64,000 nucleotides of DNA from contig CM060731.1 of NCBI GenBank assembly GCA_030704615.1, positions 72,664,001 through 72,728,000 of the forward strand. Direction: 5' to 3'. The notes beneath the pieces were generated by a model that was not told the DNA's origin, ran no database searches, and worked only from the letters and a program-made list of their open reading frames with translations. The stretch is from Takakia lepidozioides. Its lineage: Eukaryota > Plantae > Bryophyta. The position numbers and the translations under genes are program-made. Of this stretch, positions 24,161 to 35,600 are shown piece by piece. Within the stretch, counting starts at the first letter, position 1. The number at the start of each line of letters is the position of its first letter.

Positions 24161-26368
24161 ATGGTTCTGGACGCAGAATACAGTTTGTACAAGAGGTTGG
24201 GTTCTAGACTAGCTATTTGGTCATGCAGAGCACTGGAGTTTCTCGTCTGGAATAGGACCCTTTTGTTTGTTAGGAATCAGATTCATAGAAAGGGTATTAG
24301 CCGTGGCACTTTCAATACCAGCACCGCTTTCCCTGGAGGACGAAGGCAAGCAAAAGGGAGTGAGGTAACAGACACATGGGGAACTAATGATGTGAGTACA
24401 TTGTGTAAGGAGGGGCCTAAACGAGAAATGCCTAAACGAGATGTGGTCTCATGGACTGCGATGATTGCAGGATATGCACAACAAGGGAAAGGTGAAGAGG
24501 CATTCGAATGTTTCCGGCAAATGCAACGAGAAGGGGTGAAGCCAAACAAGGTCACCTTCGGTAGCATTCTCAAAGCATGTGCCAGCCCTGCAGCTCTGGA
24601 ACGGGGCAGGGGGGTCCATGCGGGCATCATCAAAGCTGGACTAGACTCAGATATCAGGGTTGCAAATGCACTTGTCAGCATGTATTGCAAGTGTGGGAGT
24701 GTGGTGGATGCACACAAGGTGTTTGGAAAAATGGGTGAAAGAGACGTCGTCTCATGGACTGCTATGATTGCAGGATGGGCTGAGCATGGTCACGGTAAGG
24801 AGGCTTTCGATATTTTTTGGCAAATGCAGAAAGCGGGCGTTCAGCCAAACAAGATCACCTTCATGAGCATCCTGACTGCGTGTGCCGGTCCAGCAGCTCT
24901 GACACAGGGTAAGCAGGTCCATGCCCACATCATCAAAGCCGGATTCGAATCAGATGTTCGTGTGGGGAATGCCCTTGTCAGCATGTATGCCAAGTGCGGG
25001 AGTATTGTGGATGCACGGCAAGTTTTTGACACAATGCCTGAAAGGAACGTGGTCTCGTGGACTGCCCTCGTCAACATGTATTGCAAGTGCGGCAATGTCT
25101 TGCACGCTCGCCAACTGTTCAACAACATGCCCAATCGCAACGTGGTCTCATGGAATGTGATGATTGCAGGCATGGTTCAGCATGGGGATGGTGAAGAGGC
25201 TTTTGAACTCTTTCGGCAAATGCAGCAAGAAGGCGTCAAGCCAGACAAGGTTACATTTATGAGCATCCTCAGCAAATGTGCCAACCTAGCAGCCTTTGAA
25301 GAGGGCAAGCGCGTCCATACTCAAATCCACAACGCAGGACTTTCGTCAGATGTGTCTGTTGGAAATGCCCTTGTTGATATGTATGCCAAGTGCGGGAGTG
25401 TTGTGGATGCTCGGCAGGTATTCAACAAAATTCTGAACCGGGATGTGATCTCATGGACTGCAATGATTATCGGATATGCCCAGCATGGGCTTGGTGAAGA
25501 GGCTCTCCGCCTTTTTGAACAGATGCAACACGAAGGGGTGAAACCTGACAAGGTCACATTTGTTGGTGTTCTTTCAGCTTGCAGCCATGTGGGCCTGGTG
25601 CATGAAGGTCGTCGTTACTTCAACTCCATGAATAGAGATTATGGCATCACCCCAACTGCGGAGCACTATGGTTGCATGGTTGACCTGTTTGGACGTTCAG
25701 GGTGCTTGATTGAGGCAGAGAACTTCATAAGACAACTTCCAGTTGGACCAGGTCCCTCAGTGTGGGGGGCCTTGCTTGGTGCCTGCAGAATCCATGGCAA
25801 TGTTGGGCTAGCAGAGCGTGCTGCAGAATGTGCTCTCAAGTTGGAACCACACAATGCTGCAGTGTATGTGCTGCTATCTAATATTTATGCGGCAGCTGGT
25901 AGGTGGGAGAAAGTGGCGAAGGTGAGGAAAATGATGGAGGACAGAGGTGTGAAGAAAGAGCCGGGATACAGCTGGATTGAGGTCAAGAATAAGATCCACA
26001 AGTTTGTTGCAGAAGATAGATCACACCCACAAACCGAGGAGATTTACGATGAGTTGGAAAGATTGACTAAGAAGATGAAGGAGGCAGGATTTATGCCTGA
26101 TACACGGTTCGTACTGCACGACTTAGAAGAGCACCTCAAGGAACAGCATCTCTGCCACCACAGCGAAAAGCTGGCCATTGCTTTTGGGCTCATCACCACC
26201 CCCCCAGGATCATCTATCTATGTAACTAAGAACCTCCGAGTATGCGGTGACTGCCACACTGCCACAAAATTCATCTCGAAACTTTTCAACAGAGATATTG
26301 TTGCAAGGGACACCAGCCGATTTCATCACTTCAACAATGGAGTGTGTTCTTGTGGAGATCGGTGGTAA
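24161..26368 (+). CDS. PLS-E-DYW pentatricopeptide repeat protein, probable organellar C-to-U RNA editing factor
   Basis: PLS repeats, E1/E2, PG box (KKEPGYSWIEV), HSEKLA, CGDCH, ends CSCGDRW; start codon uncertain. Confidence 0.95.
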   Translation: MVLDAEYSLYKRLGSRLAIWSCRALEFLVWNRTLLFVRNQIHRKGISRGTFNTSTAFPGGRRQAKGSEVTDTWGTNDVSTLCKEGPKREMPKRDVVSWTAMIAGYAQQGKGEEAFECFRQMQREGVKPNKVTFGSILKACASPAALERGRGVHAGIIKAGLDSDIRVANALVSMYCKCGSVVDAHKVFGKMGERDVVSWTAMIAGWAEHGHGKEAFDIFWQMQKAGVQPNKITFMSILTACAGPAALTQGKQVHAHIIKAGFESDVRVGNALVSMYAKCGSIVDARQVFDTMPERNVVSWTALVNMYCKCGNVLHARQLFNNMPNRNVVSWNVMIAGMVQHGDGEEAFELFRQMQQEGVKPDKVTFMSILSKCANLAAFEEGKRVHTQIHNAGLSSDVSVGNALVDMYAKCGSVVDARQVFNKILNRDVISWTAMIIGYAQHGLGEEALRLFEQMQHEGVKPDKVTFVGVLSACSHVGLVHEGRRYFNSMNRDYGITPTAEHYGCMVDLFGRSGCLIEAENFIRQLPVGPGPSVWGALLGACRIHGNVGLAERAAECALKLEPHNAAVYVLLSNIYAAAGRWEKVAKVRKMMEDRGVKKEPGYSWIEVKNKIHKFVAEDRSHPQTEEIYDELERLTKKMKEAGFMPDTRFVLHDLEEHLKEQHLCHHSEKLAIAFGLITTPPGSSIYVTKNLRVCGDCHTATKFISKLFNRDIVARDTSRFHHFNNGVCSCGDRW

Positions 26369-28043
26369 TGGTAGGAATGAAGTGTCAAACATAAACTTGC
26401 CACAACTTGCCACCTACCTGTGAACAATGCCAGATGCAAGCTGCTCCAGCCCAACTATGCAAATCCCTCAAGCTTTCCCCAGCATCTACAATCACATAAA
26501 AATGACGGAAAATAATCCCCGACGACAGCTAATTGAACTTTTTTCAAGGAACTTCTGCAATGCCAATTGGTGGGTATGTTTGAGCAACCACTTCACAGCA
26601 ACCATGGCTTTTCATTGCCCACTTCTTCAATGGAAGCATTTGGGGACATGAGTACTGCCATTAAAGAAGTAAAAATAGCCACCCAAGTCCAATCAAGCAG
26701 GCTGGGATAATTGAGTGTGCCATAACATATTGGACGGGACTTTCTATTAGCACAGAGTTGATACTGCACCCCTCAGCTGACGTCTCTCCTGACAGCAGGA
26801 AGAAGGGAGAAAGACCCACAGATTGGACAGATGAGATTTACAGCAGGTCAGGTGAGGGGTAGATGGAAAAGTGCCTTCTTAGGAGACCCTTCTGACTGTT
26901 AGCACATGACAACAAAACTGTTGTAATTGCTGCAGACACAAAGTAGAAATCACAAACACCCTGTTGAAGATGCTAGTTGTTAGGGCTGCAGGTAGACAAC
27001 CATGTTCGCAGTCTAGCTCCAAATCAAATGGCGGCGGGATTATAACACCTCACTGTCCGAAAGAGATGATACCTGAGAGGTAGACAAAAGCACCGGGAAT
27101 TTTGCTACTGAGTTTCGACTGAACAAAAGAAATGAAACAGCTCCTACACATCTATCTTTGCATAGGTAGTCTGCCAAGGATTCTGGACAAAAAGCACACA
27201 GTAATTCAGATGAGAGTGTCTGTGATTAAATTACCCTCCCTTCTCTTCTCCAAAACAAAAGTAATGAAGTATGGTCTGCTTCGTAAAGACAATACTCGTA
27301 TTAGCAAACAATACAAACTTTGAGCCAGATATAGAGGTTACCATGAACCTGTGCTTGCATAGTGCGATCTTTGGACATGCTGCTATCTGATTTAAGCTGT
27401 TTTGGTGTGTGGTGTGTTTTGATATACACTCTCACGAGGACAAACAGTTCAGGAGTCCATCTGATGAACACATGAGGTAGATTGAAACATGTTGAGCAAT
27501 ATACAACGGTAACTTGATATAGATGCATTGTTGTAGCTAGAAAGAGCACTCCTGCCCATTATCTCTATCTATTGCATATCCACTGGCGGTACCTCAGGGA
27601 TGAAACGTTCTCCGAAAAGGTGGCAGTATGATCTTGAGCGATTTCACTATCCCCATGCCCTTGCCATAAGGAAGGCATCCGTAGCAGGGAGCCAGATATT
27701 GCTGTGACATGACATGTGAGGATTACATTCTCAATGATAGTGCACCGCGAGACTTGCAGATCGTTGTTTGTGGTATCCTTTAGAGATGACGGCTTTCAAA
27801 TGCCCTAACGGATCCATATGGAATTAACAGCAACTCAAAGCACTGGAAAATCGTCAAATTGCATGGGACATTTGTAGCAACAGTTGACACTGCTCTGAGG
27901 GTTCTTCAGACCTGCTGGCCTGAGATATGTGAGGACTGGGACTCTGAATACCAAGCTCACTGATACTACCGTCAGAAATGCTGTGGGAAAGATACTGAAG
28001 CCAAACCCAGACCTGGAAAGTATGATTGAGAGAGAGTGCTCGC

Positions 28044-28410
28044 TAAAAGGGGGGGGGGAGTGAATGACTGCTTTTTTTCCGTACTGGATGAGGCTTTCTC
28101 TTAAGGGATGACGAATTACCTGTTAGGATGAAAAACCGCTGCCCTGGATGATGGATACTAATTATCATCCTGCTGATGGACCTCATCCAAATAAATGAAC
28201 CTATTTTTTTTTTCATCTGGACCGGATGAAAAAAGCAGCTTACGATGGCCATGGAGATTTTTCTAATTATCCTTAATTATTGCTAATTAAGGAGTGAAAC
28301 CCTAACTCCTACCCTATAAACCTAGCTAACGGATGACATCCGTCCGGTTCTTAAGAGAAAGGGTATTGATTATTCATCCTACGGATGAAAAATCGGGCTC
28401 TGCCCTAGGG
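28044..28410. repeat. Palindrome-rich non-coding element (possible MITE or foldback remnant)
   Basis: ttttttcatctgg-a-ccggatgaaaaaa at 28208-28234, ttcatcc-tac-ggatgaa at 28373-28389, many GGATGA copies. Confidence 0.5.
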
Positions 28411-28932
28411 TGTCTCTCCCGCTGTCAGCTGCATTTCTCGTGCTGCTGAGCTCGCGAGTTATGGCGTCTGAGCCCTGCTGCTACCCTGTCTGCTGCTTCA
28501 TGCCAGACGAGCTCCTAGGGATGCGCAATGGCGGCGTTTTGTCTCTTCTCACAGGCGGGAGAACCTGCTGTGATGGCATCATCCCTTTCCCTCCTCTGGC
28601 TTTTATGTTTCGCAGCGGCGCTTTGGTGGGGAAGTATATCGCTCCCTCTCCCTTCTTAGACATAGCATTTGTATGCTTCGCTTCTCCCTAGCTGTGCTGG
28701 AGGTGACGTGTTGGTGGCGATGGCGCAGTGTTACCTTTCCCAATCGCTCAAGGTGTTTTTGGCGATTAGGGTTCCTTTTACTTCATATCTTTCTCTCTTG
28801 TCTCTTAGGGTTCTTAGTTGACATCGATAACAAGTGTAGGGGTCTGTGATTCACCTGGGGTTCCACAATCCTCACTAACCCATTGGTTTTTATGGGGGCT
28901 TGTGATGGGACCAGGTGAAGATCCCTACCTAC

Positions 28933-29542
28933 TGTCACGGACATAGCCCAGAGGAACTTACCAGGAGTAAATACCAGAAGTTACCAAGTTATCATGTATC
29001 GGAAGTTACCATGATTTACCATGATCTACCATGATTTACCATTACTTATCAAGTTATCGGGAGTTTACCAAATTACCAAGAGTAACTTAGGAAACTACTC
29101 AGGAAACTTCATTTGGAAGAAACTTTTCCATCAAGATACCTCCTTTGTTTAAGGAAGCTTCTCCATCAAGAAATCTTTGTTTAATCTTAGAAACTTCTCC
29201 AGCAAGAAACCTCCATAGGGGAAACTTCTTGGGGAAGCTTCTTAGTAGCCAGTATATATAGGAGGCGAGACTGGACACTCTTCAGTTTCGCCAACACAAG
29301 TTCAAGCTACTCTTGTTCCAAGTCCAGTACTCCAGTCCAGCTTCCAGTATCAATTCCAGTTTTCAGCATTCCAGTATCCGAGTTGAGTTCCAGTATTTGT
29401 ACTCTTGTCCATTGTTATAAAGATCATCTGGATTCATGTTCACCTACCATGCATTCGGCCATGCCGACCTTGACTTCTTGCCTAGTCTTGTACCTCTAGT
29501 CTGATCTCTTGTTTGTGTTCTGTCATGTTCTCGTCCTTGACA
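28933..29542 (+). repeat. 5' LTR of the chromovirus
   Basis: TGTCACGGAC...CCTTGACA; TATATATA box; direct repeat of 46226-46837. Confidence 0.95.
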
Positions 29543-29580
29543 GTTTGACGAGACTAAAGTTTGTTCTTTAGTTAGTTAAG

Positions 29581-32514
29581 ATGGAATGCACATTTGCGGA
29601 AATGGTCACCATATTGCAGAGTCTTCAACTCCAGATGCAAGATCTTCGTACATCTACCGCCCAATTGCAAGCTGATCAATCTCAAGATCTTGGCAACGTT
29701 CTCCACAATTTGTAACAACAAATTTCAGAATTAAAGGAGTCGAACAATGGATCTTCAACCATACGAGTCTCTACTGCAACAGCTCCTACTGTAAAGGTTC
29801 ATCTTCAACAGAGTATGAGAGAACCAAAGATCAGTATGCCCGAAAAATTTGATGGGACAAGATCAAGATTTCGCGGTTTTGTTCAACAAATACGACTGTT
29901 CCTACGACTACATCCGCAACGCTACCCCGATGAAGGTATTCAAATGGGGTCCGTGGGCACCATTTTATCAAGCATTGCCATATCTTGGTTTGTACCGCTG
30001 TTAGAACAAAATTCGCATTTACTATACAATTTTGAAGCATTCATGTCCGAGTTCACTGCAACATTTGGAGAAAATGATAGGGAGAGAGTTGCAGAGACAA
30101 AGATGCGAAATCTTCGACAAGGAGCATGTCCTACTTCCGTTTATGCTGCCGAATTTCGACAACTTGCATGCGACCTTGACTGGAATGAGAAGAGCCTCAT
30201 TAGTCAATTTCGATGTGGACTAAAGGAGGATGTAAAAGATTTGTTGCTGACAATGCCAAACGTAAGCACACTGAGCGAATTCATCACCCAAGTCATTGCA
30301 TGCGATAATCGTTTGTTCAAAAGACGTCAAGAGAAGCGATCTGGATGATCGACGATGCATCATGCCGCTGCTACTACTGCACCAAACACAATGATTCAGC
30401 AGACATCCAGTAGTGATCCTATGCAGATTGATGCTATCCCATTCAAGCCATTGACGCCACAAGAAAAACAAAGACGACGCTCGAATTGATTATGCTTCTA
30501 TTGCGGAGAAGGAGATCACATAACATTAAACTACCCCAACAAGAGAAGATTCAAAGCTCGGGGCGCAACTCAAGTGTTCGATACGAGGAGGTCGGAAAAC
30601 GAAGATGTCCAGTCACAGTAGGGACCATGCGGCTGGACACCACAAATTCCTCACAAAAAAAAGGTCTCTTTCTACCTCCAGACCCTGCACCTTGCTTCAA
30701 AGTTCCTGTAAAAATCAGAGTACAAAATCGAGATATCTCTGTAGAAGCACTTTTGGACTCAGGGGCTTCAGCATGTTTTATTGACAAAAACTTTGCAAAG
30801 CAACACAATTTAACGCTCGTAAAGAAGAAACTCTCGACCCCCGTTGAAGTCATCGATGGACGACCGTTAGCATCAGGAAATGTTGACCATGAAACTCGAC
30901 CACTTGAAGTGAAGCTTGAAGATCAAGCATCTCATATTGTTTTCAACATCATCCAGTTTCTAACGAATCATGTCATCCTTGGACTTCCCTGGTTCGTACT
31001 TCACAATCCTGACGCGAAAAAATTCTGCAAGACGAAAATGTAGAAATATCAAAGGTATTCAACCCTTGTTCCTTGGAGCTAGAGCTTTCATGAGAGCTAC
31101 CAAAAAGGATGTGACATTCGCACTTTATGCGACTCCGATCAAGACCACAACAGACAAAGGTACTTCGACATTACCCACTCAATATCAAGATTTCAAGGAT
31201 GTCTTCGAGAAGAAAAATGCAGACATATTGCTAGAACATCGACCTTATGACTGTACAATTGAGTTACAAGAAAGAGCCCAACCACCATTCGGCCCAATCT
31301 ATAACTTATCCCAGACGGAGTTGACTGCATTATGTGAGTACATTGATGAAAATTTGTCAAAGAACTTCATCCGACATTCAAAATCACCTGTGGGGGCGCA
31401 TATCTTATTTGTGAAAAAGAATGACGGATCATTACACATGTATCGCGGTTTCAACAAAGTCACAATTAAGAATCGTTATCCGTTGCCGCTGATTTCTGGG
31501 CTTCTCGACCAACTGGGACGAGCAAAGATTTTCACCAAAATTGACTTGAGAGGAGCTTATAACCTTGTACGGATAAAAGAAAGAGACGAATGGAAAACAA
31601 CTTTTCGAACAAGGTATGGACATTTTGAATACAGTGTTATGCCTTTCAGTCTTACAAATGCTTCAGCAATTTCCAACATATGATGAATGACATCTTTCGA
31701 GAATTTTTAGATGACTTTGTAGTCATCTATTTGACACGACATTTTGATATTTTCACAGAATGAAGAAGAACATGGCCGCCATGTACGCCTTGTCCTTGAT
31801 AAATTAAGAGAAATAGGACTATATGCCAAATTGGAAAAATGTATTTTCCATCAATCTGAGGTCGAATTTCTGGGCTACATTATTTCCGACAAAGACGTCT
31901 TTATGGATCAGAAGAAAATACAAACCGTCATCGAGTGGATTAAACCAACTTCGGTCTGAGATGTACAATATTTTCTGGGATTTGCAAATTTCTATAGAAT
32001 CTTCATCAAGGACTACTCCAAAATTGCTGCACCATTGACACGATTCACAGGGAAGGACAAATTTGTATGGGACGAGAAGGCTGACCAAGCATTTGAAAGG
32101 CTGAAGCAGACATTTACAACAGCTCTAATACTGGTGCATGCAGACCCATCTAAACCATTCTTTTTGGAAGCAGATGCATCAGACTTTGCACTTGGCGCGG
32201 TACTCTCTCAATACGGTACAGATGGCCGACTCCACCCTGTTGGTTTTCGTTCTCGCAAATTTTCCGCTGCAGAGATCAATTATGAAATCCATGATAAAGA
32301 ACTTCTAGCGATTATCGATGCTTTTGAGGAGTGGCGTCATCTATTGGAGGGAGCTAAACATCATGTCACTGTCTACACCGATCACAAAAACCTCGAGTAT
32401 TTTATGAGTGCTCGTGTTTTGAATCGACATCAAGCGAGATGGAGTATGTCACTAACAAGGTTTGATTTTATTATTACCTACCATCCCGGACATCTTCAAG
32501 AAAAATCAGATGCT
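29581..32514 (+). pseudogene. Chromovirus gag, protease, RT and RNase H (disrupted)
   Basis: PEKFDGTRSRFRGF; PMQID; ALLDSGASACFID; [13 protein letters not shown]; LEADASDFALGAVLSQ; NYEIHDKELLAI; VYTDHKNLEYF. Confidence 0.93.
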
Positions 32515-32843
32515 TGTCAAGTTATTTTACCACTAGTGTGAAGTTAGCTAGAAAATAGCAAGCTTTTATATATTGACATTTGGGATTGACCCAAGTGTCA
32601 ATCCAGGGGCCAATACATGTTTGGGCACCTAACGTTGTTATCTTCACGGCAGATCGTGGTGGGCTCATCTTTCTCAAGTTGAGCCTCACCGCGCCTAGCT
32701 ATGGCGCCGTAGTGTGGATTCCCCATGGCGTGGGGTGGACTTGGCTTGACTTGTATTTAGGTAATGAGTTTATATATGCATGAGTTTATGCTTCAGCTTT
32801 GTGAGCTCGCATGAGCTTGTGCTTGTATTCTTCTTCTTTATCA
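32515..32843 (+). repeat. Terminal repeat A1 (329 bp)
   Basis: TGTCAAG...TTTATCA; about 17 substitutions versus A2 (43905-44233) by manual comparison. Confidence 0.95.
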
Positions 32844-32858
32844 CTCGAGAAAGATGAG
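32844..32858 (+). promoter_or_regulatory. Putative self-priming primer-binding site
   Basis: CTCGAGAAAGATGAG is the exact reverse complement of 44054-44068 in A2 and has 1 mismatch to 32664-32678 in A1; it does not start with TGG as tRNA PBSs do. Confidence 0.7.
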
Positions 32859-34279
32859 ATCGTATCTGTGAGTGCCAGATACGAGTTAGTTGTAGCACTT
32901 GTGGTTTTTGCTTGAGAATAAGAGAAACCAAGTTGTTATGCAAGGAGCACCGTGGAGCTCTTGGTTGTTAGTAGCGGAGGCGATGTGGGTTACGAGGTGG
33001 TAGACCTTGGCATTCGATCTTCAGCTTCCGAGATGACAGCACCATGCTGCAGGTAATTCCAGAGCACCTTGATGGTTTCAGATTGTGTACATGCATGAGC
33101 AAGCACGATTGGGAAGAGGACCAGTCAAGAGCAGGTTATAGTGGCTTTGGTGGCAAAGCTGAGAACTGGACTTGGGAATGCGAGCTTTCATTGTGTGAAA
33201 GATTGCAAGACCAAACGAAAGGGCTGATTTGGCTTGGGGCAAATCAGTGCACTTTGTGGAATATGTTGAGAGTGGGTTTCAATCTCAAGCTTCAGCATTG
33301 AGATGGCTCTTGTCATGGCAAGAGCAGGGCTGGAACAGGAGCTAAGAGGTGCGGCAAGGCCATGGAATGTGCACCTAGGGTTTCAGAGCTTGGAAGAAAA
33401 GCTCTTGCACCACAAGAGGAGTGTCTTGTGGCTGGAAATGTAAGCCTTAAGGTTTCAGGAGCTTGGCAAAGGTTGTGGAGTGCTTAGTATTGTCTTAGAG
33501 AGCATCAATGAGCCAAGGAGCCAAGATAGGGGCTGATACCTCTTGTGTGAAGAGGTTGCATGTGTGGAGCATGTATTCAGCTCATTGAAGCTTCCATCTT
33601 CAAGCTTGGAGGGCAAGCAAGAAAGAGGGAAGGGGCTGGTTTCCATGTAGGGCATGTGTGGAGCATGCTTCCAGCCCGCTGAAATTTGTATTTTCAGGTT
33701 GGTGGGTGCAAGAAAGGAAGCAAAGGGGCTGATTCTCTTGTGGTGAGAGTGGGGCATGTGTGGAGCATGCCTTCAGTCCATTAGGCTTTTGTTTTTAAGC
33801 TTTAAAGAACTAGAAGAGAAGGTAAGGGGCTGATCTGCTCTTATGTGACAGTCCGACACTTGTAGAGCGTGTTCTTAGTTGGGGTTTCAACCTCAAGCCT
33901 AGATAGAGCATGGCTCTTGAAGTGGCAGATGTAGGGGGCTGGAATAGGCTCTAAAACAGATGCTATGGCCAAGGAAAACGCTTGAATGAGTGCTCACAAG
34001 GGCTAGAAACCAGCAAGGCTTGGTTGTTTGCCATTGAGTTTAGTGGCGTGTTTAGGGAGTCTAAGTGAGAAAGAAGGCTTGGTTTGTGGCAACCATCTTC
34101 CTTAGGCTTAAGGCTACTATTGGTGGTGTGTGGGAGCCGAAAAAGCAAGAATACCTTGCTGATTTCTTCACTGCCGCCATAGCTCAGTGCAAAGAAGCCT
34201 AGGGTCCAAGAGACACAAACCCTAGCTTGGCGTGGCTAAACCCCTTGGAGAAATGGCTAAACTGCCATGAGTGGCCATG

Positions 34280-34930
34280 GATGGGGCTGGCTGTGCCCTG
34301 TGGCTTGTGGGGCCGTGAGGGGCTATGACAGGCTATTCCATGTGGCCCGTGGGGCTGTGACGGGCTGTGCCATGTGGCCTATGGGGCTGTGACGAGCTGT
34401 AAGGGGCTGTGACAGGCTGTGCCCTGTGACCCCTGTGACCTGTGTAGGGCTGTGACAGGCTGTGAGGGGCTGCGCCTGTGGCCTATGGGGCTGTGACGGG
34501 CTGTGACAGGCTGTGGCCTTTGGGGCTGTGACCCCTCTTACCTGTGTAGGGCTGTGAGGGGCTCTGACAGGCTGTGGCCTTTGGGGCTGTGACCCTTGTG
34601 ACCTGTGTAGGGTTGTGACAGGCTGTGAGGGGCTGTGACAGGCTGTGGCCTGTGGCCTGTGGGGCTGTGACGGGCTGTGATAGGCTATGACAGGCTGTGG
34701 CCTTTGGGGCTGTGACCCCTCTGACCTGTGTAGGGCTGTGATGGGCTGTCACAGGCTGCGGCCTGTGGGGCTGTGACCCTGTGAACTGTGTAGGGCTGTG
34801 ACAGGCTGTGGCCTGTGTGGGGTTGTGACGGCTGTGACCAGTGAGCTGTGTGGGCTTGTGCTGGTCTGTGGTGGCCCGTGTTGACCTGTGGACGGCCTGT
34901 GCTGACTTGTGGAGGCACTGGTGGACTGCC
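34280..34930. repeat. GGCTGTGAC-type minisatellite in the element's 5' leader
   Basis: Dozens of ggctgtga(c) units arranged in higher-order blocks of about 50 bp. Confidence 0.92.
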
Positions 34931-35600
34931 TAAGGACTGGCATGTGGTCTTGAAGGCCGAATTTTAAAGCTCGTGGAGGGCGGTTTGAGGAGTATCTTCA
35001 TGATATTCCCATGGTCATGCAAGTGATGGAAGAGAGGAGAGGAAGAGTGTTGGGATGAGGGCATGCTAGGGTTAGGCATTGCTTTAGCTTCTTTTCTTCG
35101 TAGTTTCCACCCTCTCATTAGGCCAAGACCTTTCCGTAGGTGGAGGCAAGAGTCAGTCCGGGTTTGGGCTGGGGTGTCCTTGCAGGAGCAACACCGTGGA
35201 GTTGTTTTTGGTGTGGGGGAGTTGTCGTTCTGATTTCTTGTGTTTGGATCCCCTCCATACCTGCATGCTTGGCTATGCGCCATGCTAGTTTTGTGTGGGC
35301 GCTTGTTTTTATAGTTGATTGGTCCAGATTTGATCACCGGCCAGTCCTAGAGCATGCTGTCGATGGTGAGGCTGGGGTGATGACCAGCCAGACCATCATT
35401 GTTTCTCCTGTGGTGAGGTTGGAGGTGATGACCAGCCAACCATAGGAGTGCTTGCGGTGGATGCAGGTACAAGTGTAGGCTATGTTAGGAACATAGTATT
35501 CCAAACCATAAGCCGCAGCAGGTTCTCTACCCGGTTACTTTGTGGAGAGGGATTAGGGACATGTTCATGACCGGTTGAATGACAGTTTGTCAACACGGAG

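Noticed and set aside
34280-34930. Repeat array as CRISPR, or the Ser/Thr/Pro-rich minus-strand ORFs as genes
   Set aside because: No unique spacers; it is a minisatellite, and the ORFs are translations of the repeat.
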